Assembly (NCBI GenBank): GCA_963768575.1
Contig: CAVYIJ010000007.1
Coordinates: 45,945 to 109,944 of the forward strand
Source: an uncultured Halobacteria archaeon
GTDB taxonomy: Bacteria > Pseudomonadota > Gammaproteobacteria > UBA9214
DNA: 64,000 nucleotides
Direction: 5' to 3'
The first letter of the stretch is position 1. Every line of letters begins with the position of its first letter. The notes beneath the pieces are model-generated. The model ran no database searches. It saw nothing but the letters and a program-made list of their open reading frames with translations, and was not told the DNA's origin. The translations under genes were made by a program, and so were the position numbers. This document shows, in pieces, positions 27,426 to 40,110 of the stretch.

Positions 27426-29770
27426 CAGGCGGCCGTGTCTACACCGCTATCCGCGTGACTTGCGCCTGATTGCGGACTTGCGGCCGCGCTTTTGTTGTTT
27501 CTTGCCCTTGCCCGTTTCTTCCCCCGGCTCGCTGCGGACTTGCCCGCACGCTTGTGTTGTTTCTTGCCCTTGCCCGTCTTCTTTTCATTCAGCTCGAAGT
27601 CGATCTTGCGCTCGTCAAGGTTGACCTGCACCACCTTGATGCTAACCGGATCGCCCAGTCGGAAGATCCGGTTGGTGCGTTCACCCATCAACCAGTGACG
27701 GGTCGGGTCGAAATGATAATAGTCATTGCCGAGCGCCGTGACATGCACCAGGCCTTCCACGTAAATGTCCTGCAACTCGACAAAGATACCGAATGATGTG
27801 GTGCCGGTGATAATCCCGGCATAGGTCTCGCCTACCTTGTCCAGCATGTACTCGCATTTCAGCCAGTCGATGGCATCGCGCGTGGCATCATCCGCACGTC
27901 GCTCCGTGGTGGAAGAGTGCTCGCCGAATCCCAGCATATCGGCATGGCCGTAAGTGAAGCTGTCGGCGTGCTGACCGGCCAGCAGGTGGCGGATTGCCCG
28001 GTGCACCAGCAAGTCCGGGTAACGCCTGATGGGCGAGGTAAAGTGTGCATAGTCCTCGTGCGCCAGGCCGAAGTGACCGATATTGTCCGGGCTGTATTCC
28101 GCGCGCGGCATGGAGCGCAGCAACACGGTATTGATCAGGTGCTCATCCGGCCGCCCCGCCGCCTGTTCCAGCACGGCCGCATAATGGCGCGCAGCAGGCT
28201 TGCTGCCGCCGCGCAGGCCGAGGCCCAGTTCGTTTAAAAATTCCTGCAGGTCCGTCACCTTGTCGCCCGCCGGCGTAGCATGCACGCGGTACAATGTCGG
28301 CATCTTGTGTCGCTGCAGGTATCGCGCAGCGGCCACATTCGCAGCAATCATGCATTCTTCTATCAGTTTGTGCGCATCGTTACGCACCACTGGCAGGATA
28401 CGTTCGATTTTGCGGTCCGCGCCGAACACGATGCGGGTTTCCCGGCTATCGAAGTCGATTGCCCCGCGCTTGCTACGGCAGCGACGCAGCGCCTGGTACA
28501 GGCTGTACAACTCCTCCAGGTGCGGCACCAGGGCAGCGCGCCGTTTACGGGCCTTGTCATCACGCTCGACCAGGATGGCAGCCACTTCGTTATAGGTCAG
28601 GCGTGCATGTGAACGCATCAGCCCGTTAAAGAAGCGTGACCGGACCATGCTGCCGTCACGCTTGAAAATGATTTCACACACCATGCACAAACGGTCTACG
28701 TCGGGGTTCAGCGAACACAATCCGTTGGACAGCACCTCCGGCAACATGGGGATTACACGCTCGGGGAAATACACCGAGTTGCCGCGCTCGAACGCCTCGC
28801 CATCCAGCGCGGTGCCCGGTTTAACGTAATGCGACACATCGGCAATCGCCACCAGCAGGCGCCAGCCGCCCTCTGTCCTTTCACAGTAAACGGCATCGTC
28901 GAAATCCCGCGCATCCGCGCCATCGATGGTAACCAGCGGTATATCCCGCAGGTCCTCGCGATCGCGCTTTGCCTGTTCCGGGACTGCTTCATCGAGGCCG
29001 CTGATCTCCTGTTCCACGGCGGACGGCCAGGCCTGCGGCACATCATGGCTGCGTATCGCGATATCGATTTCCATACCCGGCGCCATGTGGTCGCCAAGCA
29101 CCTCGACCACGCGGCCCACCGGCGGCGAGCGCCGCGAGGGTTGCTCGATGATTTCGACCGATACGATCTGGCCATGCGCGGCGTTGTTCTCCTCGCCGGT
29201 CGGGATCGCAATATCGAGCGGCAGGCGCTTGTTGTCGGGACTGACGAACTGTACGCCACGCTCGTTGAAGAAGCGCCCGACCACGCTGTGCGTATTGCGT
29301 TTAAGCACTTCGACAACGTCGCCTTCACGCCGCCCGCGCCGGTCGAGGCCGGTAATGCGCACCATGACCCGATCATCGTGAAACAGGCCGCGCATCTGCC
29401 GCGCGGACAGGTAGACGTCATCACTGGCGTCATCCGGCACCAGGAAACCGAAGCCGTCCTGGTGTCCGATCACCCTGCCCTGCACCAGGTCAAACCGGTC
29501 CGCCAGTGCATAGCAGTTGCGCCGGTTGCGGACCAGCTGGCCATCGCGCGTCATGGCTTTGAGCCTGCGGCGCAGGGCCTCGACGTCGTCGTCACCCGCG
29601 ATACCCAGCATCGCGCCCAGCTCGTCCTGCTTCAGCGGGCGGTCCGCCTCGGTGATCACCTCGAGTATCAATTCGCGGCTGGCGATGGGCTTGTCATACC
29701 GATGGGCCTCGCGTTGCGCATGCGGATCAGGCTTGCGGCGGCTGGCGGATACTTTTTTCTTTTTAGACAT
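27425..29770 (-). CDS. rnr: Ribonuclease R
   Basis: HTH and CSD N-terminus, TIDGADARDFDDA, AHFTSPIRRYPDL, S1 domain, basic tail. Confidence 0.97.
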   Translation of the reverse strand: MSKKKKVSASRRKPDPHAQREAHRYDKPIASRELILEVITEADRPLKQDELGAMLGIAGDDDVEALRRRLKAMTRDGQLVRNRRNCYALADRFDLVQGRVIGHQDGFGFLVPDDASDDVYLSARQMRGLFHDDRVMVRITGLDRRGRREGDVVEVLKRNTHSVVGRFFNERGVQFVSPDNKRLPLDIAIPTGEENNAAHGQIVSVEIIEQPSRRSPPVGRVVEVLGDHMAPGMEIDIAIRSHDVPQAWPSAVEQEISGLDEAVPEQAKRDREDLRDIPLVTIDGADARDFDDAVYCERTEGGWRLLVAIADVSHYVKPGTALDGEAFERGNSVYFPERVIPMLPEVLSNGLCSLNPDVDRLCMVCEIIFKRDGSMVRSRFFNGLMRSHARLTYNEVAAILVERDDKARKRRAALVPHLEELYSLYQALRRCRSKRGAIDFDSRETRIVFGADRKIERILPVVRNDAHKLIEECMIAANVAAARYLQRHKMPTLYRVHATPAGDKVTDLQEFLNELGLGLRGGSKPAARHYAAVLEQAAGRPDEHLINTVLLRSMPRAEYSPDNIGHFGLAHEDYAHFTSPIRRYPDLLVHRAIRHLLAGQHADSFTYGHADMLGFGEHSSTTERRADDATRDAIDWLKCEYMLDKVGETYAGIITGTTSFGIFVELQDIYVEGLVHVTALGNDYYHFDPTRHWLMGERTNRIFRLGDPVSIKVVQVNLDERKIDFELNEKKTGKGKKQHKRAGKSAASRGKKRARARNNKSAAASPQSGASHADSGVDTAA

Positions 29771-29893
29771 AGTGTTTGATTGATGTGGCTACAGGTACGT
29801 TATAGTGCAATTCGAACGGGCAAATTGACAAGTTAAATATCAGGCGGTAGAGTTCGCGGCTCTCCAGGCAGCTTCACGCTGTACCACGTCACG

Positions 29894-29980
29894 GCCGAGG
29901 TGGTGAAATTGGTAGACACGCTAGCTTCAGGTGCTAGTGGGGGTAACCCCGTGGAGGTTCAAGTCCTCTCCTCGGCACCA
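29894..29980 (+). tRNA. tRNA-Leu (anticodon CAG)
   Basis: GCCGAGG acceptor stem, GGTAGAC D-loop, CTAGC-TTCAGGT-GCTAG anticodon arm, long variable arm, GGTTCAAGTCC, CCA end. Confidence 0.96.
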
Positions 29981-30025
29981 TTTTCCCTGCCGGTTATTCC
30001 CGGCAACCCGCAACACGACCGCCAA

Positions 30026-32694
<2,669 letters not shown>

Positions 32695-32799
32695 AATTCC
32701 GAATAAATAAACCCAATGGTTAATCGCAGACGCCACCCCGGCGGCCAAATGTCTGCGGGCAAAGCCCGTTCCTGCAAATCAGGGAAATTCCGCTGTCTC

Positions 32800-32883
32800 G
32801 TCATTGCGAGGAACAAGGTAACGAAGCATTTTCCAGGCAACAGCTTACAAACCGTCAGATCGCCTTGCCAGACTCGCAATGAC
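32800..32883. repeat. GTCATTGCGAG...CTCGCAATGAC palindromic element, degenerate copy
   Basis: 11-bp terminal inverted repeats, same ends as the element at 40009-40094. Confidence 0.8.
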
Positions 32884-32953
32884 AGGCGTTATCCGGTCGC
32901 AGCTTTCACCGATTTCTGAAAATCCTGCCGGTGTACACGTCACTATTCAGTAC

Positions 32954-33148
32954 CTAGCGCACGATATACAGCATGACCAGGCCCAGTATCATGCTCACCA
33001 GCCCGGCGATCCGCAACGAGCGGTCATCGAGTTGCGAAACGGTAGCCAGCATGCGGCGCAACGAACCCGGGTTGACAAAAGGAATAATGCCCTCGATTAC
33101 CAGCACCAGTGCCAGCGCCGCCAGGAAATCCCCCCAGATCACAACCAT
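32954..33148 (-). CDS. DUF2065 (YjeT-like) small membrane protein
   Basis: ALALVLVIEGIIPF.NP, LRIAGL; between hflC and hisZ. Confidence 0.88.
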   Translation of the reverse strand: MVVIWGDFLAALALVLVIEGIIPFVNPGSLRRMLATVSQLDDRSLRIAGLVSMILGLVMLYIVR

Positions 33149-33155
33149 TAACCGC

Positions 33156-33183
33156 AAAAAACCCCGGGTACAGTACCCGGGGT
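33156..33183 (-). terminator. Intrinsic terminator after hflC
   Basis: accccgggta-loop-tacccggggt stem followed by a T-run on the minus strand. Confidence 0.7.
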
Positions 33184-33217
33184 ATAACCAGTCAACCGAT
33201 CGCGAAAACCGGCGTAA

Positions 33218-34084
33218 TTATTTACCGACATCACTGCCGAAGTATTTAAAGAAATCCGAGTCCGGCTCCAGCACCATCACATCATTCTGGCCGGAAAACG
33301 CAGTCCGGTAGGCATTCATACTCCGGTAAAATTCGTAGAATTCCTCGTTCTGGCCGTAGGCTTCGCCGTAAATCTGCGTCGAGCGCGCATCCCCCTCGCC
33401 ACGCGTGGTCTCTGCATCACGATCGGCCTCGGCAAGAATGACAGTACGGTCGCGATCGGCGATGGCGCGCAGCTGTTTTGCAACCTGCTGGCCCTCGGCA
33501 CGGTGCTCCTTGGCAATACGCTCGCGTTCGGCACGCATGCGCTGGTACACCGAATTCCGTACATCCGCGGGCAACTCGATCTGCTTGATCCGGACGTCCA
33601 TTATCTCGACGCCGAACTGCGACATTTCATTATTACCCTGCACGGTCAGGTCTTCCATCATCTGGGCGCGCTCGCCCGACACCACCTGCCTGATGGTACG
33701 TTTATCGAACTCGAGCTGCAGGCCGTTCTTGATGATCTGCAACAGGCGCAGACCGGCCTGGCGTTCGTCACCCATGAACGATGTGTAAAATATTTCCGGT
33801 TGCTTGATGCGCCATTTGACGAAAAAGTCCACCGAAACGTTTTTCTTTTCACCGGTGAGAAACCGCTCGGGCCGTGTGTCCAGCGTCAGGATGCGCTTGT
33901 CGAACTTGGCCACGTTGTTGATCGGCCAGGGCGCCTTGAAGTGGAGGCCAGGCGTATATTCCGAGCGTACGATCTCACCGAGCTGGAACTTGATAGCCAG
34001 CTCGCGCTCGTCCACGATGAAAATACAACTGAGGCCGATGAGCAGGCCCACTACGATCAGGGATATGAATAATTTCGAGGCCAT
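33218..34084 (-). CDS. hflC: Protease modulator HflC
   Basis: SPFH domain, RMRAERERIA, EFYEFYRSM.AY, LEPDSDFFKYF. Confidence 0.95.
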   Translation of the reverse strand: MASKLFISLIVVGLLIGLSCIFIVDERELAIKFQLGEIVRSEYTPGLHFKAPWPINNVAKFDKRILTLDTRPERFLTGEKKNVSVDFFVKWRIKQPEIFYTSFMGDERQAGLRLLQIIKNGLQLEFDKRTIRQVVSGERAQMMEDLTVQGNNEMSQFGVEIMDVRIKQIELPADVRNSVYQRMRAERERIAKEHRAEGQQVAKQLRAIADRDRTVILAEADRDAETTRGEGDARSTQIYGEAYGQNEEFYEFYRSMNAYRTAFSGQNDVMVLEPDSDFFKYFGSDVGK

Positions 34085-35232
34085 CAGCGTGCCCCTCCTT
34101 CGCGCGAACTGCTGCGCAGCCGTGGCGAATCCCTGCCTGTCGTTTCCGGGGCCATATCGATCTGGCTGCTGTCATCCGGCGCCTGGCGGACAGCGGCCTT
34201 GCCTTCCATCAGCCTGTCGAGCGGTATATACATCAGGTTGTTGCCGTCCTTTACTGTCATGAGCACCTTGTTGTTATTGGCCAGCACATGCTCCATGGTC
34301 TCCAGGTAAAGGCGCTTGCGGGTGATCCCCGGCGCCTTCTCGTACTCCTTCAGTGTTTGCAGGAAACGACTGCTATCGCCTTGCGCCTTCGCAATTACCT
34401 GCTCGCGATAACCATTGGCGGCTTCACGCATACTCTCGGCATCACCACGCGCCTTGGGCAGGATGTCCAGCGCATAGGCCTCCGCCTGGTTCTTGTAACG
34501 CACTTCGTCTTCCTGCGCCTTGATGGCGTCCTCAAATGCACCCTGCACCTCTTCCGGCGGCTGCGGGTCCTGCAGGTTGACACTGGTGAGGATCAGGCCG
34601 GTCACGTAGCGGTCGAGAATTTGCTGGGTCAGCTCTTCGGTCTGCCGCACGATCTCGCCACGGCCACCACTGAGAAAATTATCCATCGTAATGCTGCCGA
34701 CCACCTCGCGCAGCGCACTTTCCGTCGCTTCCTGCAGGGTATAATCGGGTTCCCGCACCTTGAACAGGTAGTTCTGTGCGTCCCTCACCTGGTATTGCAC
34801 CGCAAGTTCGACCTGGATGATGTTTTCATCCTTGGTCAGCATCTTTGCCTTGTGCGTTATGGTACGCACGTTGTCGACATCGACCTTGTCCACGCGCTCG
34901 ATACCACGCAGGTACCAATGCGGCCCGGGGCCGGTGATTTTGGAAAACTTGCCCAGCCGCAGCACGACGCCGCGCTCGGCCGGCTCGATGATATAGATAC
35001 CGGACAGCACCCAGGCAACGATCGCGAGTACCGCAATCAGGCCGATATTCAGGGGATTCTTGCCAACCCAGTTGCCGCCCTTGCCGCCCTTGCCGCCCTT
35101 GCCGCCGCCGAAGAGACTGTTCATGCGGTCGCGCATTTTGCGCGCCACCTCGTCCAGATCAGGTGGGCCGTCATTACCGCCCTTGCCGCCCCATGGGTCG
35201 CGGTTGTCTCCACCCGGTTCATTCCAAGCCAT
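34084..35232 (-). CDS. hflK: Protease modulator HflK
   Basis: MAWNEPG..RDPWG, GPPDLDE, MLTKDENI, PPEEVQGAFEDAIKA. Confidence 0.96.
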   Translation of the reverse strand: MAWNEPGGDNRDPWGGKGGNDGPPDLDEVARKMRDRMNSLFGGGKGGKGGKGGNWVGKNPLNIGLIAVLAIVAWVLSGIYIIEPAERGVVLRLGKFSKITGPGPHWYLRGIERVDKVDVDNVRTITHKAKMLTKDENIIQVELAVQYQVRDAQNYLFKVREPDYTLQEATESALREVVGSITMDNFLSGGRGEIVRQTEELTQQILDRYVTGLILTSVNLQDPQPPEEVQGAFEDAIKAQEDEVRYKNQAEAYALDILPKARGDAESMREAANGYREQVIAKAQGDSSRFLQTLKEYEKAPGITRKRLYLETMEHVLANNNKVLMTVKDGNNLMYIPLDRLMEGKAAVRQAPDDSSQIDMAPETTGRDSPRLRSSSREGGAR

Positions 35233-35304
35233 ACATTAACTCCAGTCAGACCTGCCTGTTGGCGTGTAACTCCATCACACGCACACAATTACGAAAGGGC
35301 AAGT

Positions 35305-36624
35305 TTAGAAAGCTTGCGCAGCTTCCGCAACAAAATCATCCCCATCTGACAAGTGAAAGCGACAATCACCCGTTGATTCACGGACCAGTCGATCGATATT
35401 TCGCTGTGCCATGCAGATTTCCAGCCACCAGCTGCCATCCTCGTCAACGCGCTCGGACAGGACATGGCCGATATTGTACAAGGCGGAGCGCGTAGCGCCG
35501 CCCGATGGTGACAAATGCAACCAGCCATGGACCTGGCTGCCCCCGAAGTGTTCGGTCAACGCTTCGGCCAGTTTATCGAGTCCGGCACCGGTCATGGCGG
35601 ACACCCACACCCGGGTGACCTGGCCATCCGCATCGAATTCAATGCGTGGCGCGTCGCCGGTGAGATCGATCTTGTTGAAAACCCGAATCTGCGGGACGCG
35701 GTCCGCACCGATCTCTAGCAATACCTCGTTTACCTGGTCCATGTGCGCATGCCGCTCCTCGTCATTTGCATCCACCACGTGTAACAGCAAATCCGCCTTG
35801 CGCGTTTCCTCCAGGGTCGCCCGAAAAGCCGCCACCAGGTCATGCGGCAAGTGCCGGATAAAACCGACCGTGTCCGCCAGCACCAGCGGGCCAACGCCCT
35901 GCACCTTGACGCGACGCAGGGTCGGATCGAGTGTCGCGAACAACTGGTCAGCCGTGTATGCGTGCGCGCCGCTGAGGGCGTTGAACAACGTAGACTTGCC
36001 GGCATTCGTATAGCCGACCAGCGATACCGTCGGCACCTCGGCGCGTTGCCGTGAACGACGGCCCTGGTCACGCTGTCGCTCCACTTTTTCCAGCCGGCGA
36101 TTGATGACCTTGATCCGCGCATTCAGCATGCGGCGATCAGACTCCAGCTGCGTTTCACCCGGACCGCGCAGGCCAATACCGCCCTTTTGCCGTTCAAGGT
36201 GGGTCCAGCCGCGTATCAGGCGGGTCGACAGATGACGTAATTGCGCCAGCTCGACTTGCAGCTTGCCTTCAAACGAACGCGCGCGCTGGGCAAAAATGTC
36301 CAGGATCAACCCGGTGCGGGCAAGCACGCGACAGGAAAACAGTCGTTCGAGGTTACGTTCCTGGCTGGGACTCAATGCATGATTGAAAATCACCAGGTCT
36401 GCATCATGCCGGCGTACAGCGGCATGAATTTCTTCGGCCTTGCCTTGCCCGACGAACAACCGCGGCTCCGGCTTGTATCGCGTGCCGGTGATGGTTGCCA
36501 CGGGCACGGCGCCGGCGGAATTTACCAGTTCGGTAAACTCCTGCAGGTCTTCCTCATCGGCAGCGTCGGGAAAATTGATATGGACCAGGACGGCCCGCTC
36601 ACCGCTCTCAGGTCGTTCGAACAA
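35305..36624 (-). CDS. hflX: GTPase HflX
   Basis: MFERPESGERAVLV, GPGETQLE, GYTNAGKS, FATLDPT, DTVGFI. Confidence 0.97.
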   Translation of the reverse strand: MFERPESGERAVLVHINFPDAADEEDLQEFTELVNSAGAVPVATITGTRYKPEPRLFVGQGKAEEIHAAVRRHDADLVIFNHALSPSQERNLERLFSCRVLARTGLILDIFAQRARSFEGKLQVELAQLRHLSTRLIRGWTHLERQKGGIGLRGPGETQLESDRRMLNARIKVINRRLEKVERQRDQGRRSRQRAEVPTVSLVGYTNAGKSTLFNALSGAHAYTADQLFATLDPTLRRVKVQGVGPLVLADTVGFIRHLPHDLVAAFRATLEETRKADLLLHVVDANDEERHAHMDQVNEVLLEIGADRVPQIRVFNKIDLTGDAPRIEFDADGQVTRVWVSAMTGAGLDKLAEALTEHFGGSQVHGWLHLSPSGGATRSALYNIGHVLSERVDEDGSWWLEICMAQRNIDRLVRESTGDCRFHLSDGDDFVAEAAQAF

Positions 36625-36652
36625 ACAACCACCTATTCACACGTATCCACCA

Positions 36653-36907
36653 TCAAGCATTGCCGGGATCTGCCTCAACCTGGTCGTCAGCACCCGGCAT
36701 ACGTACATTGCGTGCCGGCACCACCGTGGAAATCGCGTGTTTATAAACCATTTGACTGACAGCATTTTTCAGCAAAACGACGAACTGGTCAAACGACTCA
36801 ATCTGCCCCTGCAGCTTGATTCCATTGACCAGGTAAATTGATACCGGGACTCGTTCTTTGCGCAGCGCATTCAGAAATGGATCCTGCAAAGATTGTCCTC
36901 TATTCAT
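36653..36907 (-). CDS. hfq: RNA chaperone Hfq
   Basis: [39 protein letters not shown]. Confidence 0.98.
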   Translation of the reverse strand: MNRGQSLQDPFLNALRKERVPVSIYLVNGIKLQGQIESFDQFVVLLKNAVSQMVYKHAISTVVPARNVRMPGADDQVEADPGNA

Positions 36908-37027
36908 CTGTCTTTTCTCCTTTTTCTTGTCCTGCGGGAATTTCAGAATCCCCGTGACGGCATGGTTATCCATGATACAACAATACGTCAGCGCTGATAA
37001 TACTAAAATTCTAGCACAATCACAGGC

Positions 37028-37987
37028 TTATTTTTTGATCGGGTTCAATTCAAGCCATTCGGCCAGACGCCGGATCAAGCGCTCGATGACCGCGTTGTCG
37101 TCGCACTCAAAATACTCAACGCCGGCCTCGCCACGTAACCAGGTCAACTGGCGGCGCGCATACTGGCGGGTTGCCACCAGGATGCGTTCCGGCACCGCGG
37201 CAGGGTTGTCGGTCCCGGCCAGTGCCGCCCACATCTGCCGGTAACCGACCGCACGCAGCGCGGGAAGTTCGGCGTGCAGATCGCCACGTGCCTGCAAGGC
37301 CCTGACTTCTTCCTCGAATCCAGCGTCCAGCATCGCCGCCAGCCGCTGCTCGATACGCGCGTGCAGAACAGACCGGTCAGCCGGCACCAGCGCCAGTTTC
37401 AACAGCCGCCAGGGCAACGGTTCGCCACGCCCCGCCGCCTGCAGCACACTGATGGGCTGCCCGGTCAGGGCATGGACTTCGAGGGCGCGCAACACACGCT
37501 GCGGATCATTTGCATGGATGCGCGCGGCGGCCTGCGGGTCGACCGCCTGCAAACGCCGGTACAGCGCCGGCAGTCCATTCGCCCGCAATTCTTCATCGAG
37601 CTGCGCACGCACCGCCGGGTCGGCCGCCGGCATACTGGACAAGCCTTGCTCCAGCGCCCGGAAATACAGGAAAGTGCCGCCAACCAGCAACGGCACGCGC
37701 CCGCGCGTGCGGATAGCGTCCATCGCCGCCAGTGCGTCATGCCGGAATTCCGCCGCCGAGTAGGGTTCGGAAGGGTCGCGGATATCGAGCAAATGATGGG
37801 GCGCCACGCGCAATATGTCCGCGCCGGGCTTTGCGCTCCCGATGTCCATACCGCGATACACCAGCGCGGAATCGACGCTGATAATTTCCAGCGGAAAGCG
37901 CTTCACCAGCTCGACGGCCAGCGCTGTCTTGCCGGACGCGGTCGGGCCCATCAGGAAGATGGCTGGTGGCAGTGAAGTATCCTGCAC
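37028..37987 (-). CDS. miaA: tRNA dimethylallyltransferase
   Basis: MGPTASGKT, VDSALVYRGMDIGSAKP, VGGTFLY, TRQYARRQLTW; GTG start inferred. Confidence 0.96.
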   Translation of the reverse strand: MQDTSLPPAIFLMGPTASGKTALAVELVKRFPLEIISVDSALVYRGMDIGSAKPGADILRVAPHHLLDIRDPSEPYSAAEFRHDALAAMDAIRTRGRVPLLVGGTFLYFRALEQGLSSMPAADPAVRAQLDEELRANGLPALYRRLQAVDPQAAARIHANDPQRVLRALEVHALTGQPISVLQAAGRGEPLPWRLLKLALVPADRSVLHARIEQRLAAMLDAGFEEEVRALQARGDLHAELPALRAVGYRQMWAALAGTDNPAAVPERILVATRQYARRQLTWLRGEAGVEYFECDDNAVIERLIRRLAEWLELNPIKK

Positions 37988-38001
37988 AGTCAAAAACCAG
38001 C

Positions 38002-38177
38002 CTCGCGCAAAGACGCCAAGGCGCAAAGAAAACAAAAAATAATTACTACTACTGCGTGAAAAGTTCTCGACGCGTGCACCATAAACCATTGGCGTGATTT
38101 TTCATTACTATTTTGCACAGCAAGAATTGATTTTTTGTAAATAATGTTTTCTTCGCGCCTTGGCGTCTTTGCGCGAG
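38002..38177. repeat. CGCAAAG-type 33-bp inverted repeat around an AT-rich spacer
   Basis: ctcgcgcaaagacgccaaggcgcaaagaaaaca vs reverse complement at 38145-38177, one mismatch. Confidence 0.88.
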
Positions 38178-38184
38178 ATATTCT

Positions 38185-39961
38185 TTAGCGACCGCGCAGG
38201 AACAGCTTGTCCAGTTCCGGCAGGCTGATCTGTATCCAGGTCGGTCGGCCATGGTTGCACTGCCCGCTGCGTTCGGTGATTTCCATCTCGCGCAGCAGTG
38301 CATTCATTTCGTTTATCGTCAGGTGCCGGTTGGCGCGTATCGAGCCGTGACAGGCCATGGTTGACAGCAGGTCATTGACAGCTTCGTTGATGCGGTCGCT
38401 GCTGCCGTGCTCCAGCAGGTCCGATAGCACATCACGCACCAGCGCGGCGATATCGGCGCCCTGCAGGAGCGCGGGAATCGCCCGTACCACCAGTTGCTCC
38501 CGCCCCTGGCGGTCGATTTCCAGGCCGAGTTCCCCGAACCACTGACGGTGCGTCTCGCACAGGTCGGCCTCCCTGGAACTGACATCCAGGCTTAATGGCA
38601 CCAGCAAGGGCTGGGCGCGAATACCGTCACCCTCGCGTGCAGACTTGAGATATTCATAAGTCACCCGCTCATGCGCGGCATGCATGTCGACCAGCACCAG
38701 CCCTGCACTGTTTTGCGCGAGGATGAATACGCCATGCAATTGCGCCAGCGCAAAGCCCAGCGGGAAATCCGCGCCTGCCTCCGGTTCAGTTGCCGCCGTC
38801 TGCACCGGTGCCGGCGGATGCAGGGCGGCATAGCGCATGAGCTGTTCCTGCACGCCCGTCTGCATGCCCGGCGCCCGCCGTTCCGGCGCAAATGCGCCCG
38901 CCGTCACTTGCAGCGTATCGAGCGCCTGCGCCGGACTGCGGCGGCGCCTGTGCCGTATCCGGCCGAACACCGGCCAGCGCCTCGTGCAGGGTGCGAAACA
39001 GGTAATCATGCACCAGGCGGCTGTCACGGAAGCGCACCTCGTGCTTGGCCGGATGTGCATTGACGTCCACGGTTTGCGGATCGATGCTCAGGAACAGGAC
39101 AAAGGCCGGGTGGCGCCCGTGGAACAGCACATCCTGGTAGGCCTGTCGTATAGCATGGGTGACCAGTTTGTCGCGCACCATGCGGTTGTTGACGTAAAAA
39201 TACTGCAGGTCCGGCTGGCTGCGCGAAAACGTCGGCTGTGCAATCCAGCCATGCAGCGCCAGGCCGGCTGCGGCATGTTCGATATGAATAGCCTGTTCCA
39301 TAAACGCATTGCCGCACAGATCGGCGACGCGCCGTTCCTGCTGGTGAATATCGGTGGCCGGCTTGAGATGAAACACCGGGCGCTGGTTGTGCATCAGCCT
39401 GACGGCGACGGGAAAGCTGCTGAGGGCGATACGCCGCACCACGTTTTCGATATGCCTGAATTCCGTCTTGTCCGCGCGCATGAACTTGCGCCGGGCCGGC
39501 GTATTGAAAAACAGGTCGCGGACATCGACCGTGGTGCCTGCCGGGTGTGCGACCGGTGCGGTGCTGATTTCCCGGTCCGAGCCGTCGCCCTGCACTGTCC
39601 AGCCGGCGGATGACGACCGGGCGCACGAACTCAGTTGCAGCCGCGATACCGAGGCAATGCTCGGCAGGGCCTCGCCACGAAAGCCGAGACTGCCGACCTG
39701 TTCCAGGTCTTCGAGTGAAGTGATCTTGCTGGTGGCGTGACGCGACAGCGCCAGCGGCAACTCGCCCCGTGGAATGCCGATCCCGTCATCCCGCACGCGT
39801 ATGCGTTGCTTGCCGCCCTGCTCGATATCGACCTCGATTACCCGGGCGCCGGCATCCAGGCTGTTCTCCAGCAATTCCTTGACCACCGAGGCCGGTCGCT
39901 CGATGACTTCACCGGCGGCAATCTGGTTGATTAGTTGATCAGGGAGCACCTGGATTGGCAT
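38185..39961 (-). CDS. mutL: DNA mismatch repair protein MutL with apparent +1 frameshift in the linker (~38890-38940)
   Basis: [30 protein letters not shown]; C-terminal [20 protein letters not shown] in a second frame. Confidence 0.93.
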
Positions 39962-40008
39962 TCGGGCATGATACCGCCCCGTCCCGCTTCAGAATAGTGT
40001 GCAATCGT

Positions 40009-40094
40009 GTCATTGCGAGGAACGTCAGTGACGAAGCAATCTCCTGAAACTGGCACCACTCGTTACGAGATTGCTTCGCTCCGCTCGCAATGAC
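40009..40094. repeat. GTCATTGCGAG...CTCGCAATGAC palindromic element, intact copy
   Basis: Outer 11-bp IR plus inner cgaagcaatctc/gagattgcttcg IR. Confidence 0.88.
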
Positions 40095-40110
40095 AGGAAC
40101 TTCGTTCCTG

